A stretch of DNA of 64,000 bases, from positions 1-64,000 of the IMG/VR virus record IMGVR_UViG_3300046373_000172. One strand, given 5' to 3'. The position numbers were made by a program, and so were the translations under genes. Under the pieces are notes generated by a model that did not search any database, was not told where the DNA came from, and saw only the letters and a list, made by a program, of their open reading frames with translations. Shown piece by piece: positions 1-9,545 of this stretch. The stretch comes from a virus. Position 1 is the first letter of the stretch. Each line of letters starts with the position of its first letter.

Positions 1-1
1 C

Positions 2-304
2 GAGCGCCGCCCTAGTTATGCCAGCGCCGGCCTGGAGGGTGACCTGGAATACACGGAAGGGTGCATCTGGAAGACGAACTGCGTGCCGGAGCGTGGCGAT
101 AGCTACTTGGCCTCCGTCTGGGCCACGCCACTGTTGCTCGTCGAAGGTGAGGAGATCGAGTGCTGGAAGCTGCAGTCCGAGACGCCCGGCTGGGACGCTC
201 AAACGTACTGGCCGAAGGAAGCGATCGATATCCTGATCGCCGCCGGCAACCCGCAGCTGGACCACACCAGCCTGTTACGGCTTGAGCATACGAGGAGTGA
301 GTAA
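2..304 (+). CDS. Conserved phage hypothetical protein, 5'-truncated by window edge
   Basis: Frame open from base 2 (ERRPSYASAGLEGDLEYT...YLASVWATP...ECWK); stop overlaps next ATG. Confidence 0.7.
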   Translation, partial: ERRPSYASAGLEGDLEYTEGCIWKTNCVPERGDSYLASVWATPLLLVEGEEIECWKLQSETPGWDAQTYWPKEAIDILIAAGNPQLDHTSLLRLEHTRSE

Positions 305-573
305 TGGAACATCCAAAATTCCCCAGCACATACGAGGTCGAGAGCCTGGCCAGCCAGATTCTCAGCATGGCCGAGGAGCGCGACTACTGGCGCCGCCAGG
401 CGCTGCGCTACCAGCACATGCACGAGGAGCACATGGACGACCTCGACAAGCAGCTGAAGCAGCACGAGGAGAACGCCGGCAACATACTCATGGCGATCCT
501 TGATCCGGACTCCGGCATCAACTGCATGGCGCGTGCTGTCCAGCGTGATCCTTTGAAGGGAGCGAAAGCGTGA
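304..573 (+). CDS. Hypothetical coiled-coil early protein
   Basis: GGAG RBS, coupled to neighbours. Confidence 0.7.
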   Translation: MEHPKFPSTYEVESLASQILSMAEERDYWRRQALRYQHMHEEHMDDLDKQLKQHEENAGNILMAILDPDSGINCMARAVQRDPLKGAKA

Positions 574-791
574 GCGCCAAACTTCGACGCCAGAACCGCA
601 AGCTCAGACTTGCGGCCCGGGCCACCGTCACCTTCGTCAACGCCTTCCTCAAGGACGCCGACGCACCCGAAACCCAGGCGCTGTACCTGATCTACTTCAT
701 GCGCCACGAGTGGGCCTGCGCCCACGTCAGCCTGGCCAAGCGCCAGGTCATTTACGACATTGCAAGGAGACGTTATGGCAAAGACATCTGA
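570..791 (+). CDS. Hypothetical early protein
   Basis: GTGA overlap with upstream gene. Confidence 0.6.
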   Translation: MSAKLRRQNRKLRLAARATVTFVNAFLKDADAPETQALYLIYFMRHEWACAHVSLAKRQVIYDIARRRYGKDI

Positions 792-1173
792 CCTGACAGG
801 CGCGGCGCTGGACTACGCTGTGGCCCGGGCGCTGGGCATCCCGGCAGAAGACCTGAAAATTCCGACGTACCGCGGCGATTCTCTGTTCCGCTACGGCAGG
901 GACGAAGAAGGCAGCCTGGATGGAACGTACATGACCGGGCCGGACCTGATCTTCTCCCGCAAGTGGGAGGCCGGCGGCCCGGTCATCGAGAAGCACAAGA
1001 TCAGCATCACCGTGGACCACAGCGGCGTATGGCTCGCGTACATCGAGTACAACTATGCCGACGAGCGCCGGTTCAGGCAGGCTGGACCGACCCCGCTCGT
1101 CGCCGCGATGAGGACGTTCGTGTCTAGCGTCACAGGACCAGAAGTCGACCTGCCTGAAGGCCTCGTGCCATGA
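775..1173 (+). CDS. NinX/DUF2591-family phage protein
   Basis: KTSDLTGAALDYAVARA, KWEAGGPVIEKHKI, GPTPLVAAMR motifs; AGGAG RBS. Confidence 0.75.
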   Translation: MAKTSDLTGAALDYAVARALGIPAEDLKIPTYRGDSLFRYGRDEEGSLDGTYMTGPDLIFSRKWEAGGPVIEKHKISITVDHSGVWLAYIEYNYADERRFRQAGPTPLVAAMRTFVSSVTGPEVDLPEGLVP

Positions 1174-1436
1174 AACTCTTCCTCGTCCACCTCAAGTCGC
1201 CCAGCCGCGTGCTCAAGGAGATCGAGGTCGAGATCAAGGTCTGCAAGAAGACCGTGTGGGCGATCGAAAAGGACGGCGCCCGCCACCTCTTGGGCTCGTC
1301 CGTGTTCCAGACCCTGCCGGCGGCCGAGCGCTGTCGCACCGCGCTGCTACAGCGGCTGGTCGACGACAAGTACATCAAATATGCGAAGCCTGACTTATGG
1401 GGCCGGGCAAAACGCGAATTGGAAAGGCTGCACTGA
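1170..1436 (+). CDS. Hypothetical early protein
   Basis: ATGA overlap. Confidence 0.65.
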   Translation: MKLFLVHLKSPSRVLKEIEVEIKVCKKTVWAIEKDGARHLLGSSVFQTLPAAERCRTALLQRLVDDKYIKYAKPDLWGRAKRELERLH

Positions 1437-1437
1437 T

Positions 1438-1722
1438 ATGACCCTCCTCATCAAAACCACCTACCACGACCGGTACGAACCTGTCAGGGTCAACCGGTCC
1501 AGCAACGCCAACCGCGCCGTGGCGCAGTGCGTCTACCACATGCAGGTCAACCACTACGGCGCCACGGTGGCCGAAGTGTATGACGCCTACACCGGCGAAC
1601 TGCACGCCCAAGTGCGCCGCTACAAGAGCGGCGAGATCAAGATCGTCTACAGGCGAGACCCTCGCAAGTTCGAGTGCCGCATCGCTGCGTCGGCGTTGTT
1701 CGACGCGATGGAGAGGAAATGA
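1438..1722 (+). CDS. Hypothetical early protein
   Basis: ATG 1 nt after upstream stop; GC3-rich codons. Confidence 0.65.
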   Translation: MTLLIKTTYHDRYEPVRVNRSSNANRAVAQCVYHMQVNHYGATVAEVYDAYTGELHAQVRRYKSGEIKIVYRRDPRKFECRIAASALFDAMERK

Positions 1723-1997
1723 CCCTCTACGACCACCTCCTCGCCACCCGCACCAAGGAAGACCTCGCCCGCATGCTGGCCCAGGAGGCCAAGGCGAACG
1801 CCGCCCTGAAGGACCGCATCTCGGAACTGAAAGTCGAACTGTTCTGGCTTCTGGCGAAAGAGCGCGACGACTTCAAGCTGGTGGCGTGGCGCTACAAGCC
1901 CAGCGACGGCCTCTCTTGGTTTGCCTACACAGAGCGTGAACCGCAAGCCTTGGGCTACGACCCGAACCCCACACCGCTGTACGAAAGGACAACATGA
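1719..1997 (+). CDS. Hypothetical early protein
   Basis: ATGA overlap, GAGG RBS. Confidence 0.65.
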   Translation: MTLYDHLLATRTKEDLARMLAQEAKANAALKDRISELKVELFWLLAKERDDFKLVAWRYKPSDGLSWFAYTEREPQALGYDPNPTPLYERTT

Positions 1998-2308
1998 AAA
2001 CCAATCAGCTTAAAGGACTGCAACTCGCCTGGGCCGTCGGCAAGGCGCTCGACAAAGACTCCCCGCTGCACACCCGCGCCGACTTCGCCCAGAGCATGCA
2101 AACCTGGCTCGACGCCGGCGGCGCGCTGAAGGTGCTGGATGACCACAAAATCAGCGTGGTCTACGAAGACGCCGAGTGGCACGGCTGGATCGGGGAGAAC
2201 GGCTTCGCGGACGAGATGCGCGGCCAGTCCATGATGGAAGCCGGCTTGCGTGCCCTGGTTCTGGAAGTCCTGGGCGAGAATGCCGGCGTGCCGGAGGGCT
2301 TGGGATGA
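1994..2308 (+). CDS. Second, divergent NinX/DUF2591-like protein
   Basis: KTNQLKGLQLAWAVGKAL, DDHKISV and C-terminal VPEGL align with 775..1173. Confidence 0.65.
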   Translation: MKTNQLKGLQLAWAVGKALDKDSPLHTRADFAQSMQTWLDAGGALKVLDDHKISVVYEDAEWHGWIGENGFADEMRGQSMMEAGLRALVLEVLGENAGVPEGLG

Positions 2309-2508
2309 GAGCCCTTGAAAAAGCCTTGCAGGCCGTGGACCACATCCAGGATGACAGCCGGTGGATCGCAAGTGGCCTGCGTGACATCCGGGACGAGCAG
2401 TTGCCGCTTGAGGACGTAGCCAAGCTTCAAACCCTGTCCAAGAATCTGCGCCGCGCGGCGGACGACCTGGAATTCTACCTTGCGCAGATGAAGGAGACTT
2501 TGAAATGA
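2305..2508 (+). CDS. Hypothetical helical protein
   Basis: ATGA overlap, GGAGG RBS. Confidence 0.6.
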   Translation: MRALEKALQAVDHIQDDSRWIASGLRDIRDEQLPLEDVAKLQTLSKNLRRAADDLEFYLAQMKETLK

Positions 2509-2708
2509 GCGCCACCGAAGCCGCCGACAAGCTGGCCCGCACCGCCTGCGACCTCTCCGAAGTCATCCGGCTGCACATAAGCACCGGCGTCAGCCACGAG
2601 CCGGCCAACATGAAGAAGTACCTGGCCGAGGTGCGCAAGGCACGTATCCAGCTGAACAAGATCGACCAGTTCTTCCAACTTCAACTCAAGGAGCATCAGC
2701 ATGGATAA
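2505..2708 (+). CDS. Hypothetical protein
   Basis: ATGA overlap, AAGGAG RBS. Confidence 0.65.
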   Translation: MSATEAADKLARTACDLSEVIRLHISTGVSHEPANMKKYLAEVRKARIQLNKIDQFFQLQLKEHQHG

Positions 2709-3090
2709 GGCGTTTATCCTCAAGAACATCGACGAGGCCGTCAAGGTGATCCAGGCCTATCCACCGGCTTTATTCAACTTGAGCCTTTACCGTGCGGAGC
2801 ATAAGTGCGGCACTATTTACTGTGCTGTCGGTCTGCTGGCTACCGCGTCCTACTTCAAGGGCCTGGGCTGGGGCTACGAAGAGGGTAGTGACCACCCCAA
2901 AATTAACGGGACTCATTTTGAGGCGGAAGTCGATGATTTCTTCGGCCCTGATGCAGACGATTGCCTGTTCTTTCCCAGAGGCATGGGAGAGTACGACGGC
3001 GAGATCCTGGAAGAGATGGATCTGACCGACCAGGAACTGGCGCTGGCCAGGTTGGACGTGCATCGTCAGAAAATTCTGAAGGAGCTGTGA
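2701..3090 (+). CDS. Hypothetical protein (CGTxxCAVG motif)
   Basis: AAGGAG RBS; CGTIYCAVG. Confidence 0.7.
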   Translation: MDKAFILKNIDEAVKVIQAYPPALFNLSLYRAEHKCGTIYCAVGLLATASYFKGLGWGYEEGSDHPKINGTHFEAEVDDFFGPDADDCLFFPRGMGEYDGEILEEMDLTDQELALARLDVHRQKILKEL

Positions 3091-3296
3091 TGATCGCCAT
3101 CTTTTTCGGCCTCGTCCTCATGGGCCTCTGCCTCTCGATTGCGGCGCTAAAAGCCTGGAATAACTGGCTGACACCTCTGCTGGAAAAATACACTGACCTC
3201 GGCTGGGAGAGCAACGCAATGGCCACCCTGCTCGGTCTGGCCGCCATCGGCGCCCTGCTGGTGCTGGGCGGGGTGCTGTGGAGGGTGTATGGCTAA
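3090..3296 (+). CDS. Small membrane protein (2 TM)
   Basis: Two hydrophobic segments; AAGGAG RBS. Confidence 0.65.
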   Translation: MIAIFFGLVLMGLCLSIAALKAWNNWLTPLLEKYTDLGWESNAMATLLGLAAIGALLVLGGVLWRVYG

Positions 3297-3651
3297 TCTT
3301 CCGTCCGTCAAGACCCTCACCCAAGTCTTCGGGGAGAACGCCAAGCTGGCGCGCAAGACCTTGGAGATGACGGACCAGGGCCTGCGGCAGATCATCGAAG
3401 CGCAAGACTTGCTGCGCGAGTGCTTCAATCTGCCGGCCACCGAGCACGTCCGGATGCATGTGCTGAACAAGCTGGCCGAGACGCACGGCGTGGAGAGTGT
3501 CGAGGTGTGCGTCGAACGGCGGTACGGCGACCCCGACAACTACGCAGAATTCCTCAACACCGGCGAGATGTACGCCGCCACCCTTATCCTTTACCGGGGT
3601 CGCTACCGCGTCCAGGACCTCGGCACCTTCCTTGAAAGGAATTCGAAATGA
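3289..3651 (+). CDS. Hypothetical phage protein
   Basis: GGAGG RBS; HGVE...FLNTGEMYAATL motif. Confidence 0.7.
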   Translation: MANLPSVKTLTQVFGENAKLARKTLEMTDQGLRQIIEAQDLLRECFNLPATEHVRMHVLNKLAETHGVESVEVCVERRYGDPDNYAEFLNTGEMYAATLILYRGRYRVQDLGTFLERNSK

Positions 3652-4052
3652 GACACCAAGAGCGCATCACCCTGCAAGACAATCTGATCTCGGCCGCGGT
3701 CAAGCTGGCCGAAGGCAACCCCGGCGCCGTTACCGCGCTGCTCGAACTGGCCAAGCAGAACGAGCGCATCGATCCTGACTGCGCCTTCGGCCCTGTCGGC
3801 CCGCTGTTCCAACTCGACACGCTGGGCATCTACGGCAGCCGCATCTGGATGCTGTACAAGGACGTCTGCGGTCAGAACGTGCTGTACACCTTGGCCGTGC
3901 TGCGCGCCGTGCAACTTGGCATCGTGCCGCCGTTCGATCTGGACGCGGCGATCAACTTTCCTTCAGAGATCGGAATCAGCCTGATCTGGTGCCAGGAGAC
4001 CCTGGCCGAGGTGCAGAAACGCCTGCCAGACTTCGGGAGGACTCAGGCATGA
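3648..4052 (+). CDS. Conserved phage hypothetical protein
   Basis: LAEGNPGA...LDTLGIYGSRIWMLYKDVC motif. Confidence 0.75.
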   Translation: MRHQERITLQDNLISAAVKLAEGNPGAVTALLELAKQNERIDPDCAFGPVGPLFQLDTLGIYGSRIWMLYKDVCGQNVLYTLAVLRAVQLGIVPPFDLDAAINFPSEIGISLIWCQETLAEVQKRLPDFGRTQA

Positions 4053-4237
4053 AAGACAAACTCGCCATGCTGGTGAACGTCCTGGGCAGCTTCGGCCACA
4101 ACGCCCTGAGCGTGCTTGACCTGACCCCGGAAAAGCCCAAGCCGAAGAAGCCTCGCCCGATGAGCGTGCACGACCACAACGCCTTGGCCAAGGCCGAGCA
4201 GAAACGACAGCGCAAAGCGCAAAGGAGTCGGAAATGA
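4049..4237 (+). CDS. Small basic protein
   Basis: ATGA overlap, GGAGG RBS. Confidence 0.6.
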   Translation: MKDKLAMLVNVLGSFGHNALSVLDLTPEKPKPKKPRPMSVHDHNALAKAEQKRQRKAQRSRK

Positions 4238-4554
4238 AGCCACACAAGCACGCAGAAGTGATCAAGGCCTGGGCCGACGGCGCGGAGATCGAGTATCGGA
4301 GACCTGGCGAAATTTGGAAGACTAGCGGTCCTGTAGGGCCGGCCTGGAACCCCGACTCAGAGTACCGCGTCAAGCCCAAGCCTCCGCAGACGCTCCAGTT
4401 CCTCCTGTCCAAAAACCACTTCCACGACCTGCGGGTGATGACGGTCTGTGGGAAAGGTGAGCCGTCCGAACTGTCGCCGAACGGTGCTGTCCTCACCCTC
4501 GAAATCGAACCCGATACCTGGACCCTCGTGTCCGCCAAACTGGAGAAGCCATGA
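4234..4554 (+). CDS. Conserved phage protein (HAEVIKAWADG motif)
   Basis: PHKHAEVIKAWADGAEIEY...PAWNPDSEYRVKP. Confidence 0.75.
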   Translation: MKPHKHAEVIKAWADGAEIEYRRPGEIWKTSGPVGPAWNPDSEYRVKPKPPQTLQFLLSKNHFHDLRVMTVCGKGEPSELSPNGAVLTLEIEPDTWTLVSAKLEKP

Positions 4555-4721
4555 CCCTCTCCACCGCCCTCTACAGTATCGGCGGCAGCCTGATCGGCGC
4601 CGGCGGCTACATGCTGTTCGCCGACTGGAAAGACCGCATCACCACGCAGACGGCGCCCATCACGTTCGCCGCCGGCGTGGTCCTGATCACCATCGCAACC
4701 CTGACAGGAACCCTGAAATGA
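4551..4721 (+). CDS. 56-aa membrane protein (not in ORF track)
   Basis: MTLSTALYSIGGSLIGAGGYMLFADW...VVLITIATLTGTLK; ATGA overlaps at both ends. Confidence 0.65.
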   Translation: MTLSTALYSIGGSLIGAGGYMLFADWKDRITTQTAPITFAAGVVLITIATLTGTLK

Positions 4722-4903
4722 ACCTCGTCAAAATCCCCGGCACCGACATCTGGGTCAACCCGGCCCACGTCGTCGGCGTCATCAGGCAAGGCGACGCCAC
4801 CCAGGTCATGATGACCTACATGGACATGGACGACATCGTGACGACCTGCTCGCTGGCGGTCGTCGTCACCGCGATCAACGGCGGAGGGACCCAGCATGTC
4901 TAA
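4718..4903 (+). CDS. Small hypothetical protein
   Basis: ATGA overlap; IWVNPAHVVGV. Confidence 0.6.
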   Translation: MNLVKIPGTDIWVNPAHVVGVIRQGDATQVMMTYMDMDDIVTTCSLAVVVTAINGGGTQHV

Positions 4904-5363
4904 CCGGAACGAAATCACCGGCATCCGGTTTGGCTACATCGCGGCCGACAAGCTCGACGGCGACGTGGTGCACGAGCTGATGTATGGCGCCGGCGCGGTC
5001 AACCTCAGCGAGAAGGAGGCCGAGCGCGAAGAGGTCGCAAGGCAGGAGGCGGAGTACGACGCCAAGCTGGAAGTCTACCGCGAGAGCGGCGTCTACGTTG
5101 ACGTGGAGCCCTTCGAGCCTGACCTCAACACCTTCGAGTCCCAGGTTGACGAGCCCACTGTCGAAGGCGTCTACGAAGGCGTCAGCTACTGTTCCTCGTG
5201 GCTTGGCGGCGCGCTCAACTTCTTTATCACCGAAAGCCCGCACACCGGCGAGTTCGTCGCCTGCTCTCCTTGCGCCCCTGGAGCGGCGGATTTGGGCAAC
5301 CCACAGCCCGGCGGCGTCGTAGGGTACAACGTGCCGCCCGAGTGGCGCTGGAAGGAGGTGTGA
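4896..5363 (+). CDS. Hypothetical protein with CSPC motif
   Basis: GGAGG RBS. Confidence 0.7.
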   Translation: MSNRNEITGIRFGYIAADKLDGDVVHELMYGAGAVNLSEKEAEREEVARQEAEYDAKLEVYRESGVYVDVEPFEPDLNTFESQVDEPTVEGVYEGVSYCSSWLGGALNFFITESPHTGEFVACSPCAPGAADLGNPQPGGVVGYNVPPEWRWKEV

Positions 5364-5364
5364 C

Positions 5365-5724
5365 ATGAAATTCTTCGAGCACGAGGGCAACCTTCTGCGA
5401 CACAGCGACTGTGCCATCGTTCGCCCCAGGTTCTCCTACCACGACAAAGAGCCCGACACCAGCCTCAAGCTGCGCGCCACGCTCCGGGCCGGCCCGTATG
5501 CCTGGCCCGGCGGTTACGAGTTGTGCTTCGTGATGAAGGACGGCGGCGCCATGCACTTCACCTGCGTCAAGCGGGAGTTCAAACGCATCGCCAAGGAGTT
5601 GAGGAACCCAGGCGACCCAGCCTGGCTACCAGCTTGCCTGGACACGAACTGGGAGGAAAACGACTTGTACTGCGAACATTGCAACGAGAAGATCGCTCCG
5701 GCGTATGGAGATGATGATGCCTAA
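5365..5724 (+). CDS. Conserved phage protein with CxxC
   Basis: YAWPGGY...NWEENDLYCEHC; GGAGG RBS. Confidence 0.75.
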   Translation: MKFFEHEGNLLRHSDCAIVRPRFSYHDKEPDTSLKLRATLRAGPYAWPGGYELCFVMKDGGAMHFTCVKREFKRIAKELRNPGDPAWLPACLDTNWEENDLYCEHCNEKIAPAYGDDDA

Positions 5725-5896
5725 ATTACCTCCTGAGATGGGGCAGATCTACCAGGCCTGCACAGAGGTGGTGACGCTGTGCCAGATGCGCGCCGCCTGC
5801 GAACCGGGTGAACCGGTGCGTGACAAGCTCGACGAGAGGCTGCTGGTCCAGTTGGACCTGCTGAAGGAATTTCTGGAGGGCGATCAGCATGCCTAA
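5717..5896 (+). CDS. Small hypothetical protein
   Basis: GGAG RBS; start could be 5705-5717. Confidence 0.55.
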   Translation: MPKLPPEMGQIYQACTEVVTLCQMRAACEPGEPVRDKLDERLLVQLDLLKEFLEGDQHA

Positions 5897-6113
5897 GGTT
5901 CTCTGGATCCACGAGGAGCACAGCACCTATGCCGACGGCGCCCTCACCCGCCACCCACCAAGCTTCCTGCCGGCCGACCTCGACCGGTCCGGCTTGGTCG
6001 ACATCACCAGCATCGGCGATGCCTTCCGCGTCTACCTCGACCCGGTGACGGGCAAGGTGCACGACGGCGCCGTCTATTACGAACAACATCTGAAGGAGCA
6101 GAACGATGGGTAA
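5889..6113 (+). CDS. Hypothetical protein
   Basis: GGAGG RBS. Confidence 0.65.
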   Translation: MPKVLWIHEEHSTYADGALTRHPPSFLPADLDRSGLVDITSIGDAFRVYLDPVTGKVHDGAVYYEQHLKEQNDG

Positions 6114-6405
6114 GACACCACTCGCACTTGGCATCAAGCGCGGCACATTCATCCCGCCGGAAGGCGGCTGGCAGGAGCACACCTGTTACGTGGTTGACGT
6201 GGCCTACGGCCAGTTCAATCCAATCCACCGGGCCATCCTCAGTATCGGCTTCATTCCCGATCCGAAGCGGCCATTCGCCGGCGGCTACACCAGCATGATG
6301 GGCACCGTCGACACCGACGAATTCGAGCCGCCTGGCTCGCTTTACTACATCAAGGCCGTCGCCGCCATTCCAGGCATCGGCGCCACTCTCAAGGAGCTCC
6401 CATGA
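6106..6405 (+). CDS. Hypothetical protein
   Basis: AAGGAG RBS. Confidence 0.65.
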   Translation: MGKTPLALGIKRGTFIPPEGGWQEHTCYVVDVAYGQFNPIHRAILSIGFIPDPKRPFAGGYTSMMGTVDTDEFEPPGSLYYIKAVAAIPGIGATLKELP

Positions 6406-6719
6406 TCATCCCTGTCAAACTCTACGCCTACATCCCGGAATTCACGCTGAGCCACATCAAGCCGAGTGACTTCAAGGACGGCGAGATCGCAAAACACCTG
6501 ATGTTCACTGACTACGACCCCAAGTCGCACGGCGGCACGGTCGTCGGCACTGTCAACGTCGAAGTCGAACTGCTGCCGACCGACAAGATCATCGTCAACG
6601 CCGCCGACGCGCTGCGTGCCAAGGCGATCGAGATCCGCGCTAAGGCGACCAAGGAATGCGCCGAGTTGGAAGGCCGGGCGCAGCAACTGCTGGCCATCGA
6701 GAACAGGAGCATGAAATGA
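6402..6719 (+). CDS. Hypothetical protein with C-terminal coiled coil
   Basis: ATGA overlap. Confidence 0.7.
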   Translation: MIIPVKLYAYIPEFTLSHIKPSDFKDGEIAKHLMFTDYDPKSHGGTVVGTVNVEVELLPTDKIIVNAADALRAKAIEIRAKATKECAELEGRAQQLLAIENRSMK

Positions 6720-6904
6720 CCACGTACCGCGTGACCTGGGAAATCGACATCGAAGCCGACAACCCGACCGACGCTGCCCGCGAGGCGAGAAAGATCCAGC
6801 GCGACCTGGAAAGCACGGCCACCGTGTTCGCTGTGTCCGAAACGTTCAGCCCGGGCATGACCAAGATCTCTATCGTCGACCTGGCAGAAAGGACGCCCAA
6901 ATGA
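6716..6904 (+). CDS. Small hypothetical protein
   Basis: YRVTWEIDIEADNPTDAAREA; ATGA overlap. Confidence 0.65.
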   Translation: MTTYRVTWEIDIEADNPTDAAREARKIQRDLESTATVFAVSETFSPGMTKISIVDLAERTPK

Positions 6905-7356
6905 AATCCACCGCAGCATCCCGGCGTAAGGCCGACCTTCTGGTCCGGCTGATCGCCACCTTCCGCGACGGCGTCGAGGTGAACGTCCCCTTCATCTGCA
7001 GCTTCTCCGGCTACTCCTGCTCTGGCGCGCGCAAGCTGCTCAAACAACTTGGGCAGGACGGCGTGCTGGACTTGGCCGAGGTGCCGCGCTTCCAGAACAA
7101 GGTGACCGTCGGCTTCCTGAGCCCGGACCGGGCGCACGTTCAGCAGTACGTGCTGGACCTGCAGGCCTTCGTCGCTGGCGGCCCGCTCGAAGCGCTGCCC
7201 TACAAATACTCGGGCCGCTACAAGGTACCGCCGGCCGAGCGCAACATCCACCTGGCGCCGGACGACGAGCCGTTCCGCGTCAAGTTCCCCGCATTGATCA
7301 TCCCGGCACCGGACCCGGTGTTGGCGGCGTTGTTTGGCATGAGGAGTGCAACATGA
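6901..7356 (+). CDS. Possible winged-helix DNA-binding protein
   Basis: SGYSCSGARKLLKQLGQDGVL resembles an HTH; function is inference. Confidence 0.45.
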   Translation: MKSTAASRRKADLLVRLIATFRDGVEVNVPFICSFSGYSCSGARKLLKQLGQDGVLDLAEVPRFQNKVTVGFLSPDRAHVQQYVLDLQAFVAGGPLEALPYKYSGRYKVPPAERNIHLAPDDEPFRVKFPALIIPAPDPVLAALFGMRSAT

Positions 7357-7544
7357 GTGACGATGACGAGAAGACCTACAAGGTCGTGCGCAAGTTCTTC
7401 AAGGGCGAGAGCCGGACGCTGAAGACTGGCCTGACGCTGGAAGAAGCGCAGGAGCACTGCGAGGATCCGGAGACGAGCAGTAGCACCTGCACGCACAACC
7501 CGGAGGCATCCAGCCCCTGGTTTGACGCTTATTACGAGGAGTGA
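7353..7544 (+). CDS. Small conserved phage protein
   Basis: KTGLTLEEAQEHCEDPETSS...WFDAY. Confidence 0.65.
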   Translation: MSDDDEKTYKVVRKFFKGESRTLKTGLTLEEAQEHCEDPETSSSTCTHNPEASSPWFDAYYEE

Positions 7545-7545
7545 T

Positions 7546-8451
7546 ATGAAGAACCTGAGAGACATCGATACCGTGGCCCACCACTGGGCCAATCGCGTCG
7601 GCGACAGCGGCAAGGCGTCCAGCCTGTGGTTCCAAGGCGACACGCTGTACAGCTATGCCGAGCCGATCGCCAAGCTGCTGCCAGACGGCACGGTGATGCA
7701 CACCACGCGGACCTGGAGCAACACGACATCGAACCACCAGTCGAAGGCGCGCTATGCCGCCAACCACCTGCGTGCGGTATCGTGCCGGGCGGTGCAGGAC
7801 TCGCCGGCGGAGAACATGGCCTACGCTCGCAGGCAGGTTGCGGACCGTCTGGAGCGCGCCGAGAAGGTGTTTGTTGTCCGCAAGGACGGTGTTCAGACGG
7901 TCAACTCGGTTAAAGCGCAGGTTAATCTGCGGGCCCAAGCCCTGCATCTCGCCGAGAAGGCCAATGCGTATCTGGAGGCCTGCCAGCGCAACAATCTCGG
8001 CCTCGCGGAGTCCATGATCGACACGACCGACCTGGAAAGTGTGCGTGCGGAGTTACAGCGCCAGCGGGCCGCGGAGGACGCACTGCGTGAAGCGGCCCGG
8101 CTGCGCAGGGCAGAGAGTGCCAAGGAGGGCCTGGCACTGTGGCGCACTGGTGAAGGCGTGCCCCACGACCTGCACGCCCTGCCTGTAGCGCTGCGGCTCA
8201 ACGGAGACCGGGTGCAGACCAGCTACGGTGCTGAGATCCCGGTGCGTGACGCTCGCCGGCTGTGGCCCTTCCTGTTGTCGATCCGGCAGGGCTCCATGGG
8301 AGGCGTGACCTCTGGGTTCAAGCTCGGACCTTACACGCTGAACCGCATCGAAGCCAACGGCGACATCGTTGTCGGCTGCCACCAGATCGCCTTCAGCGAG
8401 ATGGAAGGTATCGCCGTGCAGCTTGGGCTCGTTGAGAAGGAGGCATCATGA
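7546..8451 (+). CDS. Conserved phage hypothetical protein (301 aa)
   Basis: VAHHWAN...TLYSY...QTSYGAEIP...VGCHQI; GAGGAG RBS. Confidence 0.8.
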   Translation: MKNLRDIDTVAHHWANRVGDSGKASSLWFQGDTLYSYAEPIAKLLPDGTVMHTTRTWSNTTSNHQSKARYAANHLRAVSCRAVQDSPAENMAYARRQVADRLERAEKVFVVRKDGVQTVNSVKAQVNLRAQALHLAEKANAYLEACQRNNLGLAESMIDTTDLESVRAELQRQRAAEDALREAARLRRAESAKEGLALWRTGEGVPHDLHALPVALRLNGDRVQTSYGAEIPVRDARRLWPFLLSIRQGSMGGVTSGFKLGPYTLNRIEANGDIVVGCHQIAFSEMEGIAVQLGLVEKEAS

Positions 8452-8654
8452 GCCGCACCGTCACCGCCAACGTCGTGATCACGATGGAACTCCAGGACCT
8501 CTGCACCTGGTCCGATACGACGAACATGAAGCAGATCATCGAGCAGGCCAAAGAGATGGCTGAAAGCCGGGTGCGCAAGATGGCCGGCCACGACGGCAAG
8601 GCCCGCTTTATCAGTTGCGGTGCTGTCACCGTTAAAGCTGTGGAGGAAAAATGA
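8448..8654 (+). CDS. Hypothetical protein
   Basis: ATGA overlap, AGGAGG RBS. Confidence 0.65.
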   Translation: MSRTVTANVVITMELQDLCTWSDTTNMKQIIEQAKEMAESRVRKMAGHDGKARFISCGAVTVKAVEEK

Positions 8655-8896
8655 CCACCCACCAAACCACCATCGACGGCTATCTCGTCGACGTCGACAC
8701 CGACATGGACGGCGAAGGCGCCACAGGCTGCTGGGTCAGCCGCGTGGTCGACAACCGCACGTACAGTGCCAGCCTCGAAGCACTGATGGCGGACGGGGAT
8801 CTGTGGTGCTGCGCCGGCTTGCAAGACCGGGTACACGCCGTCCCCAACGGCACCATCAACAAAATCGAACAATACGCCGCCAGCAAGGGCTACTAA
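8651..8896 (+). CDS. Hypothetical protein
   Basis: ATGA overlap, GGAGG RBS. Confidence 0.65.
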   Translation: MTTHQTTIDGYLVDVDTDMDGEGATGCWVSRVVDNRTYSASLEALMADGDLWCCAGLQDRVHAVPNGTINKIEQYAASKGY

Positions 8897-8906
8897 GGAG
8901 CATCAC

Positions 8907-9545
8907 ATGATATCGAGCAGGGCAGAGGCGCAGAATCAGGAAAAGCGCAAAGTGTTTATCGGCCTGGGCTACAGATTCTCTATCGGGCAAGACGGCTGGA
9001 CACTCCTTAAAGACGACGACGTCATCGCCGACGGCGGCCAGAAGGGCAAGGGCGAGCAGCACTACCGCGAATGCCTGGACGCCGCGATCGGCGCCGCCAC
9101 CAAACACCACAACAGCCAAGTGAAGGAGATTCCAGTGCAGATTCCTGAAGAAGTGAAAGCGGCCGTGACGGCCAAGCCCACAGAGGAAGAGGGCAAGCCC
9201 AAGTCGATCCACCGCCGCGCGGTGCAGTCAGCGATCGGCTTCCTGAAGCTGTCCGGCGCCCTGTACACCGTCGAGTTCGAAGGCGAGACGTACACCAACA
9301 TGCCGAAGACGCCGACCAAAGCGTTCTACCAGCCGCACTACTTGCCCTTGCTGGACAAGTTCAAGGGGCAAACCGAATTCATTACCTCGATCAGTGTGCC
9401 GGAAGAGTTCGAGTTGAACCTGTATGCCAACGCCCTTCGTAATGAGTTGCAGCGCCGCTATGGCGCCGGCCATTACACCACCCAGGTTGACAAGGCCTCG
9501 CGGACGCTCGACATCATGGTGTCCTCGCCACCGGAGGGAGTATGA
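8907..9545 (+). CDS. Hypothetical protein
   Basis: TAAGGAG RBS. Confidence 0.7.
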   Translation: MISSRAEAQNQEKRKVFIGLGYRFSIGQDGWTLLKDDDVIADGGQKGKGEQHYRECLDAAIGAATKHHNSQVKEIPVQIPEEVKAAVTAKPTEEEGKPKSIHRRAVQSAIGFLKLSGALYTVEFEGETYTNMPKTPTKAFYQPHYLPLLDKFKGQTEFITSISVPEEFELNLYANALRNELQRRYGAGHYTTQVDKASRTLDIMVSSPPEGV

